Of a stretch of 64,000 nucleotides of DNA, positions 13,001 to 24,184 are shown one piece after another (within the stretch, counting starts at the first letter, position 1; every line of letters begins with the position of its first letter). The translations under genes were made by a program, and so were the position numbers. The notes under the pieces were generated by a model, which made no database searches, was not told the origin of the DNA, and saw nothing but the letters and a program-made list of their open reading frames with translations. The DNA is from Curvularia clavata (Eukaryota): assembly GCA_023920165.1 (NCBI GenBank), contig CP089274.1, positions 1,302,001 through 1,366,000 of the forward strand, in the 5' to 3' direction.

Positions 13001-16000
13001 CTTCGCTCCATCACGACAAACGTCTTTTTCCCACAATGACTCGCTGCCATTACTCGCTATCGATAGATACGTGGAGACAGTCACGACACCGCATTTGTCA
13101 TGCTTACGTCCTCAACGACAAACCTGCTGATTACGAAGAGCTAACCATCTCGTAGTCTTTGGGCGAAAATAAAATGAATCAGTCACAGATACAAAAATAA
13201 GTTGGGCGAAAAGAAGACGAGAAATCAAAAACATAGTCGAAGACTATTCCAACCGGCAGTGAAAAAATCTCAAAGCTCAATTCTGTAAGAGGAGGCATAC
13301 CCGAATAAAGAAATCTTTTCAAGATAGTCGATGCGCCACCAATGTGCTTGTGAAGACGAGTGGGACGAGTCCCGGGGTTTCTCCGGTCGCACAGGCAAAC
13401 AGTCAATGTGCCGATATGGGGCTCCACGATGAGCTAGTTGTTCTGGCGGATACCAACAAACCGGGAAACTGGATTAACGGGGCAGCAGCAAGGGTCGCAC
13501 GACAAGTCGTATGCTCGGTACTTGTACAACCGAAAAGCGAAAGTCGATATCGACGTGGCAGTCGGTATCCGATGGAGGCATTCGTATAGTCAATGAGACT
13601 GATTCAGAGGGCCTTTGTCAGTTTTGAGTCAGGCAAAGCGCTCCGCTGGAGGAATGCCAGAGGGTCTGTGGGGCCCCAAGGCGGAGGGCAGATAACTGGA
13701 CCTTGTTCGAGACTCTGGTCCTCTCGCTGTTCTCGTCATCACATCTGTTGAGAATCAGATGCATCGGAGTACTCAGCCCTGAGGCTGGTAGTGGACATGT
13801 TGTGCGTCGAGCGCTTGGCATAGATGCCGGACCGAGTTGCTGAGCGTGTCTTTGTTATACTCTCGCTTGTACCGCCCGCTGCATGTCGGACTGACTACCT
13901 GCGGCGCGGTCTACGCGAGGCACGTTGGGAGGGGTTTGCAGTGCCTTTTCATCATTGAGACGGGTGTCTTCAGATCCGTGGCGCTACTTGCGGCTCTGGT
14001 GATTCGCGAAGCGTTCGCCAATGTCGTCCCGAGTTGCTGCGGATATGTGCTCGCTGCAAATATGCGCCGACGGAGCTTGAATCAGCACCGAAGAGAACGC
14101 TGGCGCTAGCCATTTGGTGTTGGGCGCTAACAGACCCTTGGTGCTCCAGCCTGTACAGACGTTTGGCTAGAGCCCCATGGAGAAAAGAACGCACCACCAC
14201 CTCGCACCTCGCCTCAGCCGACTCCATGCCCATGGACAGAGAGACACGGGGTAGCGTAGCACCAGGTCTGGACACCACAGTCGCTACCGTTACCGCTCTT
14301 GAGCGCATACACGTGTGACACGTCCATGAATTGGCATGCGCGCTTCGAGATCCAGACTATACGCGCCTATCCGGCCCAGCGCGCCGTCGCCGAGCACCCT
14401 AGGACATTACCGTTGGCCTTTAGCTTTCGTGATACCCTTGCCTGTCCATTGGATTCGCCCAAAACCAAGACTGTCCGCGGGACCGCTCACGGCAGATACA
14501 ATAAAAAAAGCCATGGCCTTGTGTGGCTTGCAGCACCATCTCCTCCACCGTGGGGCGATTGTCACGAGGCGTCACAAAGTACTCTTGCTTTTGCGGCACG
14601 CCTTGGGGGGCGGGGTGTTACCCGAAACTTAGCTAGCGAGAGGTTGCCGTGACACGCATGTGAGAGACTGTCCAGCCACCCCAGCTCATTCGTTAGTTGT
14701 CGCTCCGGTGGTGTAGGCAAGGTTCTCCAGATGCGCCGCACGGCTGTGGCGAGCAAAAGGGAATAGCGACAGCAGTGGCAGGACGCCACCCGTGCTTGTG
14801 ATCACACAATTACGCTGCCTGAACAACGGCCGGGGTAGAACAGCAGGGTGTCCTCAGCGTCCCCTTTCTGCTAATCTTGACGTTTCCGGGATTCGGCCCA
14901 TCAGCTGGGAGACAGGCATGTGCTGCGTGCCAGGGCACACCACCTCTCCGGACTGCCATCTTCATTGGCGACATCTGTCCCGCTCCCTCTCCACCTCCCG
15001 AGACGAACCAATCGTCTTATGCAGACGCATGTATGAATGAGCTGGGGAGATATGCTTGACCCACCTCAAAGGGATGACCTTTAAGGCGGGACACACTTTC
15101 CACTCCCGATTCCACACCATCGCGATGCACAACGGCCGGCTTGCAATAAACACTAACGACTCCAGACTTGGGTGGGCAAGCGAGATACCCCCCCAGATCG
15201 TCGTTTGTTTGACAAAGACTAAATGCACAATCAGGCGCCGGCGCCCAGTGGCGTTTTGCCTACCAGCAGCTGCTGGCCATCGACAGGACTGAGCTAATTT
15301 CATCTTCACGGTCAGGTGTTGTTGGTGTTGTTCATGAGCAGTCAGCGTGATGCATCGAGGACCAGACATGCCCGCAAACCCAAGGTGCAACAAGACATCT
15401 TGGCGACAGAGGCGTTGGTTAGCGGCTGTATTCATGGCGCTCGTATCCCGTTCATTCGCCAGATGCATGAAAGCCTCGGTCCTCTAACCAGCATCTACTG
15501 GGAAAAAATCTGCAGGTCTCGCCCGCTAGTGGAGACTCCATGGGCAGCTTAGAGGAACTTGGCGCCCCAGGTTTCGACGCCCCCGAAGGCACGTCGTATC
15601 CCGGACCAACTGTTGTACTGCCTAATCGGGCCACCCCATGCGGCCATCTGCGACAAATGAGTGGTACCGACAATACAGCGATTAACTTCGACGCCTAGGA
15701 ACTGGTCAATCGAAGGCCGGCTGAGATGACAGGCCGAATCAGCCGCGTGCCAGCCGTACATGCAGACCTGTCCATCACTCGGCCTGGTCTTACGCGGACG
15801 GCCTATAGAGAAATAGTAGCAATCCTTCCAGAACTGTAAGATGCGGAGCTATAGCCCGGGTAAGCCTAGCGTAACATTGTGCAATGTTACCGTAGAAAGC
15901 CACACGCGCTCCGTGCTGCAGTATCACGGCTGCTCGAGGTGCCATATTAAAAGCTTGAGAATCCCACTGCTGATCGCGTTTCACAGACGTTCCCAGCATC

Positions 16001-16094
16001 TTCTGTTTTCAGTGCTGCGCGGGACTCCTCTTTCTGGACGAAGAGTCTTTCCAACTTCCTACGTCTGCTTCGACTTTGACAAGCAACCGCAATC

Positions 16095-17954
16095 ATGCCT
16101 GGAGGCGCCGTTGTCCCTGTCACTGGCACGGCTGATGTTAGCCGTGTCGAAGCCCCCGTCACTGTTCGTGCCTACCTGATTGTTGCTTTCGCAGCCTTTG
16201 GTGGTATCTTCTTTGGATATGATACCGGTTGGATGGGAGGTGTCCTGAACATGGACTACTTCATCAAACAATACACTGGAGCAGAGTACCCCGACGTCAA
16301 GTTCCCCGGCGTCGACCACCTAGACTCTAGGATCACCGACTACCGAAAGTCGACCTTCGTTATCGCTCCATGGCAACAATCCCTTGTTACTTCTATCCTG
16401 TCTGCTGGGTATGTCAATCAACTACTATAATATAGCCAATGTGTACTAAATCATCAATAGTACTTTCTTCGGTGCCATTATCGCTGGTGATATTGCCGAC
16501 TTCATCGGACGTCGTATTACTATCATTCTTGGATGCGGTATCTTCGTTATTGGTGGTATTCTCGAGACTGCTTCTACCGGCCTTGGTGTCATGACTGCTG
16601 GTCGTCTCATTGCTGGTTTCGGTGTTGGTTTCATCTCCTCCATCGTCATCCTGTACATGTCCGAGATTGCGCCCAAGAAGGTTCGTGGTGCCGTTGTTGC
16701 TGGTAAGTGAAGATTGCTGTTGGTTCAGATCGTTCGATTGTTGACTCTTATAGGCTACCAATTCTGTATCACCATTGGTATCCTGCTCGCCAACTGCGTC
16801 GTCTACGCGACCCAGGAGCGCCGTGATACTGGTTCCTACCGTATCCCAATCGCTGTCCAGTTCTTGTGGGCTATCATCCTTGCCGTCGGTCTCGCTCTCT
16901 TGCCAGAATCCCCCCGTTTCTGGGTCAAGAAGGGAAAGCTCGACAAGGCCGCTGGTGCTCTTGCCCGTGTCCGTGGCCAGCCCGTTGACTCCGAGTACAT
17001 CCAGGATGAACTTGCTGAGATCATTGCCAACCACGAATACGAGATGTCCGTTGTTCCCCAGACCAGCTATCTCGGCTCCTGGATGGCCTGCTTCGAGGGC
17101 AAGATCAGCAAGCCTGCCTCCAACTCTCGCCGTACTACTCTCGGTATCGTCATGCAAGCTATGCAGCAACTGACTGGTATCAACTTCATCTTCTACTTTG
17201 GACCTGTTTTCTTCCAGCAGCTTGGCTCCATCAGCAACCCCTTCCTGATCTCTCTTGTCACCACCCTTGTCAACGTGCTCTCCACTCCGGCCTCATTCGT
17301 CATGGTTGAGAAGATTGGACGTCGTCCTCTTCTCGTCTTCGGTGCCGCTGGTATGGTCATCATGCAGTACATTGTCGGTGCCATTGGTGCCACTGCTGGA
17401 AAGAACACCCCTGACCACCCTGCCAACCCCGACGCTACCCGTGCCATGATTGCTTTCATCTGCTTGAACATCGCAGTCTTCGCCACCACCTGGGGTCCTT
17501 GCGCCTGGATTGTCATTGGTGAAATCTTCCCTCTTACTATCCGTTCTCGTGGTGTTGGTCTCTCCACTGCTAGCAACTGGTTCTGGAACTGCATCATCGG
17601 TATTATTACCCCATACCTTGTTGCCGACCGTGAGGACTCTGCTCGTCTTGGATCCAACGTCTTCTTCCTATGGGGTTCTCTCTGCTGCCTTTCCTGTAAG
17701 TCTTTGTCTACCCATACATCACTGGGAAAACAGCTGCTAATATATAAATAGTCCTCTTCGCCTACTTCTTCGTTCCCGAGACCAAGGGTCTTACTCTCGA
17801 GCAGGTTGACAAGATGTTGGAGGAGAGCACTCCTCGCAACTCCCGCAAGTGGAAGCCACACAGCACCTTCGCTGCTGAGATGAACCTTGCCGAGAAGCAC
17901 ATCGAGATCCCAGTTGAGAACGTTACCACCAAGCAGGAGGTCTCTACTGTCTAA
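16095..17954 (+). CDS. MFS sugar porter, probable high-affinity hexose transporter (4 exons)
   Basis: AAFGGIFFGYDTG, GRR loops, PESPR, QQLTGINFIFY, GEIFPL and PETKG motifs; three GT-AG introns. Confidence 0.94.
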
Positions 17955-18705
17955 GCTGGTCACGTGAATTACCTCAGGGTAACGGAATACACGGTATTCG
18001 GAATGGATTATGTGGAATGATGATGTTGGTGGATGATATGTAATGTTTGAGAAGCTATAATGTGCCCTTGCTGCATTGACTGCAGCAATGAGTATTTTAG
18101 CCTCATAGGGAAATCTTATACCCAGAGTCAGTTATCACTGTGCTCTACCATATTGATGCTTCCCTTGCTATCCCAGTGTGATGATTCATATTGCCATAAT
18201 TTTCTCCAAATTCATCTTGTTTGTTCGTTTGTTTATTTATTTGTCAATCTCCCTCACGTCCATGCACACTTTTGCTTCTCCTGTTTCTCTCTTCCAGCTG
18301 AAACAGAAAAAAAAGAAGAGAAGAAAAAAAGTTTACCCTTCCCACACTCCCTTCTACGCATCCATGCGCTTCGTCCCTCCCTCCCTCTCCCAACCACCTG
18401 GGAATCGCATGACCCTGAACTTTCGCGCGTACAGATGCATGCATAACCACGCCATGCCCAGCCTGTCCACCACATCACGCGCACCTTAAACGCTCATGTC
18501 GCACAGGGAAAAAACCCCAGGACCACTAACTTCTAGCTCGAAACGCTAATATCGCTGGTCTTCCCCGCATTCCAATTTCTACACCGACCTAACACTAACA
18601 CGCACCAAAGCATCTGTCCCAAACGGGGAAGTCATGCTGTACCAGCATACCCCAAGTCCCGACCCTGCATGCAAAGAGTCAGGTCAAAGCATTCAGCCTC
18701 GCCTC

Positions 18706-18790
18706 GCCTTGTCCTTGTCCTTGTCCTTTTTCCTTGTATTTGCACTTGCACTTGTACCACCAACACCAACACCAATACCAGTACTGCTGC
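18706..18790. repeat. Compound imperfect hexanucleotide microsatellite
   Basis: (CCTTGT)n grading into (TTGCAC)n and (CACCAA/TACCAA)n. Confidence 0.6.
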
Positions 18791-19848
18791 TACCCTTTGC
18801 CGGCAAAAAGCACACTAACTTTAGACCCAAAAATAGCGCAGAAGCGTCATGCGTATTTGAGATACACAGTACCAGTACCAAACAAGCAGCACCCAGCACG
18901 CAGACAAAGCAAAGGGACTTTCTTTTTTGGTGTTTATCCTCCGAGCTGGTCGTCGCGCTAGTTGGGTAAGGTAGGTACAGCGGTGGTACGATGCGTGGGT
19001 TTTTACTGGGTGGGAGGAAGAGACCGGCGGAGAGTCTAGTCTGGAGGGCTTGGCGGTCTAGTGAGGTAGTAGGAAAGTTGGTACGCCCAGGCAGAGGGAG
19101 AGGAATGGAAGCTGGAAGGGAAGCTGAGAGGCTTAGCGGAAGTCTTAGCGGGAGGGTTGAGGTAGATTGATGTGGGGTAGCTGAGGGCGGTGGGCAGTCG
19201 ATAGTGGATAGCGGTCTGCTTGAGGTAATTTTGATGTAAAGTTTATGCAGTGATGGGGCGAGTGTTGGTGCTGGGGGAGGTAGTGGTTTGGTTGGTGAGT
19301 ATGAACTGGGTGGAGCGATAAGAGGACTAGATGCGAAGGTGGTGTGATCCTACGCTTTCTGCTTGTCTATTCGCGTTGATCTATTGTTTGGGAATGAGAG
19401 GGGGGAATGCTCTTGAGCTTGTTTCAAGAGCATGGCGTTGAAGTTTGTTACGTTCCCTTCGTTTGTTCCAAAATATGATCGCTATCCCCCTCCCTCTGTA
19501 CATCTCCCACCTTTGCTTTTGAAGAGCATAGTGATGTCGGGTTCGTGATGGTGGAGGTGGCGTTGGATTTGAAGATCGTACGAATTCACTGTAATGCTGG
19601 CTGAGTGTTTTTTTATGCTCGCAACTTCTTCTCTTACACATCGTCTCCTTCTAAATATCAACAATAACAATAAAGTAAAGGTAATACAGGATCATGAAAG
19701 GTAAAAAGCTTAGAGAGGAGTATCCAAAGTATGTACCGCATAAAAAGAAAACAGATGTACAGCGTCAACACTCTTCTGCGAATATTGAGAGCAGGACTAC
19801 TAGTCCGAAGACATCAAGGGGTGAGTCGTGTTTTTGATTCGTGTTCTT

Positions 19849-21709
19849 CTAATCGTGAGGATATTCGTCACGCACATTACTTACGAAACACTGGTTCGAT
19901 TCATCCCATCGCTTGAAGTGGCGTCCAGCGAGCTTCAGCAAGGCTTCTGAAGGACGTACATCTTTGCCAACAGGCTGGATGTTCTCAGCTGCGACATAGC
20001 GAACCGACTTATCGCAGACACTACATGGCCGTTAGCAGAGTTTACTAGGATGCACCCACCAATATAAGGGAGTCGGGCATGTCTTACAGGACGTGGTAAA
20101 ATGCCTGGTTCCTACCATTTGGCAGAGAGTCAACACGCATGTTCTGAATCCAGTCTTCGTTTGCGTCACACACTACATCCCATCCCGTAATGACACCCTC
20201 GTAGCCATAACGCTTATGTTGGAACAGCTGTCCAACTTTGAAAGCGACATTCCGTGTCCGCTCGGAGCGAGTAATGACGGGTTTCCGTATCGCATCGACT
20301 TGGTGCATGTTCTGCACAAATTGTAATAATCGGTGGCCCTCAGGTTGATTGTAGAACATCGGAATGACGTAGCGTGATAGCAAGGTGACGTCCCATGGGT
20401 AATGCATTTGGAAATGTTCGAGCAAATAAGGCAGGTACTGACGACGGCGAATGGTTGTGTGACCTAGATTGGCGGTATCATCGCCTGGTCCGAGGAGCAG
20501 CATGGCCCATATAGTTGCGTAAAAAGCGTTGTCCATGTCTGGACTGGAATTTATCCATGATGCCTGAACAGTACGCATCCCGGCCTCGGTTTCGCGAATC
20601 ATTTGCACAGAGTTCATGATGTTACGTGCCGTACGTAGAACCATTTCTCTTGTGTTGGTATCAGTCAGGAAACTGCGATGTTCGCTGCTCGGAACGCCCA
20701 TATCTCGTAGTGTGCGCTGCAAGTCGCCCCGTCGTACTTCGGATGTGGATCGGAAAGGATCCAGATACATGTAATCGAGTTCATTGGAGCTGGTGGGTTT
20801 GTATTTTCCATTAAGATCATAATTCTTGGGTGCGTATACAAGAGTGTAGACATGGAAGAGGAATCCACAGGGGCGCGCATCCAGACCAACGCGCCGAGCA
20901 ACCGCACAGTATATCGCTACGGAAATGAGAGGGAGTGACTCGTGGGCGGCTGAGCGCAGTACCAGACCAATGAAGGAGTTTCGCAAGGCGCGGTAAGAAG
21001 TGTCAGGAACGCCGTTGAAGCCTTGTTCTCGAAGGTAATGTGCTAACGTCGAAGCCTTGTCTCGAGGGGACCAGTCGGGGAAGGCAGGGTACTTTTCTAG
21101 CAAACCATTGGCAAGTTGGCTGATATCATCGGCGACGATATCCACGTCCACCTCTTCACCAACCCTAGCAAAGACATCGTATGCGCCCAGCGCTCTCTCA
21201 ATGGGCACATCATTGCCATCGTGTAGACTTGTCCACACCTTGATGGCCACCTCACGATGTATGCGCTCCAGAACTGCGTTTGCATAATATCTTCTTGCCA
21301 GCACATCCTCGGCATCATCTGGGCATGCGCATTCTCTGAGCAGCGTCTCTTTTGCGTCGTATCCATAATCGGCAATGTCATTGATACACCGTATGCGCCC
21401 TTGCTGAGTGGCAACAATGCGATTCAGCAGCTCTCGTGTGCGACGGTCAATCGTGTGTCTAGTCTTGTATAATTTGCGCCAGTCTACGTCTGATAAGGGT
21501 GCGGCAAACTTTGCGGCGATGTTGTGGCGAGAATCCCATGTTTTGAACTGCGTCTTGCAGAGGTGGCGCCAGATGATGGGCGCATCGGTCGTCAGCCGCT
21601 TTATGAGCCTATTCGTTTGTGAAACAGACACGAGCGATTGTGGATCCAGATTCAGGAAGATGGCCTCAAGAATCTCTGTCGGTAGGTCTGTGAAGCAGGT
21701 GCGCGCCAT
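19849..21709 (-). CDS. F-box protein with transglutaminase-like and YccV/HspQ-like domains (FBXO21-like; 2 exons)
   Basis: N-terminal F-box FTDLPTEILEAIF; LPLISVAIYCAVARRVG and YLDPF; C-terminal FKVGQLFQHKRYGYEGVITGWD...QAFYHVL/...SVRYVAAENI; last exon ends VRDEYPHD*. Confidence 0.9.
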
Positions 21710-21895
21710 AATGGGCGACGGAGGGGGGTTCACAAAATTGTCAAGTCGAATCAACTTTGCGCTTCTGGGGACTTATGAAGACGTGGAGAGAGAAGCCAGC
21801 CGGAGCGCGATTGTACTGACGGGCTTGACGTGACGACTATGCACAGGTTGTGATTTACTTTTGGCGCCGGGATTGCGTCAATGTTAAGGCACGGC

Positions 21896-21952
21896 CACCA
21901 GGTGGGGCAGTAATTCGTTGTGCATCTTGTGATGAGTAATCCACCCCAACAC
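21896..21952 (+). repeat. Left terminal inverted repeat (57 bp)
   Basis: CACCAGGTGGGGCAGTAATTCGTTGTGCATCTTGTGATGAGTAATCCACCCCAACAC is the exact reverse complement of 23463-23519. Confidence 0.97.
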
Positions 21953-22075
21953 ACCCAACCCCCCATACAAAATAATGAACTGCGCATCTATCTTATATGC
22001 TTTTTAAGTAATGTAGTTATGAAACTATGTAACAAACTCTGTATATACTGATTTTTTAGAGTTTTACTTGGTGTT

Positions 22076-23377
22076 TTACCACTTTCTGCCGCGAATTCTC
22101 TCACCACTATTACGGGTCAATTCCTCGCACCGCTCCTTCATCTCCATGATTCTCTCTCTTATTTCTTGGATAGTAATAGTGTCCCAGCACTCTTGGAGAA
22201 GTAATTTGAGATGTTTCTTTGTCCCATCCCATCTTTTTTGGGGTGGTAAAGGCCACCAAAGTCTCTTCTTCATGCGCTGGTTAAGAATCAACCACACACC
22301 TTCTTGTGGGTTTAGATCAGGACTCTGTGGTGGGTGTATAATAACGTCAATCCAGTTAGCTGTTTTGTAGTCTCTTGCAATGTTGTTCTGACTTTTTGTG
22401 CCATGGGATGGGTCGTTGTCCTCCTGTAATCTCCAGGTGGTGATACCTAAAGTATCTACAGCCCGAGATTCCTGCACTAACTTGCAGTAATACGGTAGTA
22501 TAGTTTCAGTGTAATACTCTTGAGTCATATGGTGGCCGGTACTGACAACCTGCAAAGGAGGGGGCTTCTTTGCCTCCCATTCTTTGATCTCTTCGGCGTA
22601 CTGTTTCTCAGTCTGGTACTTTGATTTTCTTGGCTTTCTTGGAGGCTTAGGAGGTGTAAGCATCTCAGAGTCGTCGTTGTAGAAGTTTAAAGCACTTTTA
22701 TAGTACCAGTTAACTGCTGCGTACATATGTACTGTCCTAGAATCCTTCCCCATTTCACTACGGGTGCGCAAGTTACTCCCTTTTGTCCGAGGATCACCAC
22801 GACGCCGGAGTATCCGAGGCTTTTGAAATGAAGTACGAGGGTTAAAATGCTCTTCGTCGGTAAACCAGACACCATCCCAGTAGCCATATAATGGCTTATT
22901 CTTGTGCTCTTCACCATACTGAATACGGTATACTTTGTTGGCTGGAAGAATGTCTTTTGAGTAAGACGCCACATATAAATGGGCATCAAGTCTACTTGAT
23001 AGATTATACCTTAATGCACGCTCACTAAGAGGGATTTGGTTGGCGCGGGCTTGAAGGAAGTAAGGTGCATCGCGGTAAGGATTCTGACTGTCATCGAGGA
23101 GAGATTCAATAGTTTCCAAAGGCACTTTGAATGGCCGTCCAAGTTTATTTCCTTGTTTTTCTGCTTTCCTCTTCCTTACGCGCCTCTCGTCTCCAAACTC
23201 CTTGCGATCTTTGAGCCATTTACTTGCTGTGTTGCGGTGGATACCATGTTGTTCTGCAATGCCCCTGAGTGTGTCCCCTTTGCCCCGCCGATCGTAATGG
23301 TCAAAAAAGTGCGCACGCTCTTCAGTATCTGGTACTTTTAGCACGCAAAAGTTTTCTGGAGTAGAAGGCCTGTCCAT
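22076..23377 (-). CDS. DDE transposase, 433 aa (Tc1/IS630-like)
   Basis: HTH-like TLRGIAEQHGIHRNTASKW, GRP motif, catalytic FTDE, QEDNDPSH and PPQSPDLNPQEGVW. Confidence 0.93.
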   Translation of the reverse strand: MDRPSTPENFCVLKVPDTEERAHFFDHYDRRGKGDTLRGIAEQHGIHRNTASKWLKDRKEFGDERRVRKRKAEKQGNKLGRPFKVPLETIESLLDDSQNPYRDAPYFLQARANQIPLSERALRYNLSSRLDAHLYVASYSKDILPANKVYRIQYGEEHKNKPLYGYWDGVWFTDEEHFNPRTSFQKPRILRRRGDPRTKGSNLRTRSEMGKDSRTVHMYAAVNWYYKSALNFYNDDSEMLTPPKPPRKPRKSKYQTEKQYAEEIKEWEAKKPPPLQVVSTGHHMTQEYYTETILPYYCKLVQESRAVDTLGITTWRLQEDNDPSHGTKSQNNIARDYKTANWIDVIIHPPQSPDLNPQEGVWLILNQRMKKRLWWPLPPQKRWDGTKKHLKLLLQECWDTITIQEIRERIMEMKERCEELTRNSGERIRGRKW

Positions 23378-23462
23378 TGCACTTTGAATTGATTCATTTG
23401 GACTAGTATTGGCTGCGTTGTGTGGCTGTGAAGATGGTGGTGGGTAGGTGCGACACTGCGGA

Positions 23463-23519
23463 GTGTTGGGGTGGATTACTCATCACAAGATGCACAACGA
23501 ATTACTGCCCCACCTGGTG
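23463..23519 (-). repeat. Right terminal inverted repeat (57 bp)
   Basis: Exact reverse complement of 21896-21952. Confidence 0.97.
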
Positions 23520-24184
23520 CGGCTGGAGAGGATGATGATCGCATTGCCTCGTTCGCTTATCGCTAATCAGCCAGCCTCGGCAGCTAAGCCGCGATACTGC
23601 ACCTCAGCCTTCTGCGTGCGCTTCTGCGGCATCTTGGGCCAAGACACAGGTCCTCTGTGGTACACGAAGACGGCGACGCAGCAAATGTTGTATCTATACC
23701 GTGCCGAACATGTGAGCCTTGACCACTATAGGCCGACTAGTTCCGATGCGAAGCATGGGTCTGATCTTGCTTGCTGGCCAGCTATAGTCAGCTGCCAGAG
23801 CCAGTCGTTGCCGGCTGGAACAGCTTCCGGCTCTCCGAAGGAAAGTTCCACACGGAGGAAACAACTCTGGACCTTGCGCGAACAATGCAGCGACCGCACG
23901 TTGCAAATCCAGCCGTCAGACAAGCACAACGACTCGCCAAAATGGCACAAAGTCGTCCACGTTTGGTCCGAAGAGTCCGCGCGATCGCTTCCGATATTCG
24001 CGTTCCGAGAGGGCCGACCGGTGTGTAGCCACAATTGATGTCACCGTCTGCCACCGCACCGCCGCACCGCCTAGACAACATGACGCCCTACACCTAGAAT
24101 CGAGCATCCTGTCTTACCGCCCGCCCTCTTCCTCCGGATAGCTTCGTATCGTTTCGATTTTGTCCTGACATTTCCTACCTTACC

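Larger units (their letters stand above)
21896..23519 (-). mobile_element. Intact 1624-bp DNA transposon with IS630-Tc1-mariner-type transposase
   Basis: Perfect 57-bp TIRs (21896-21952, 23463-23519), one intact transposase ORF, CGGC directly repeated on both flanks. Confidence 0.95.

Noticed and set aside
23448..24038. 196-aa ORF reading out of the right TIR
   Set aside because: Non-ATG start, spans the element junction and has no protein-like features.
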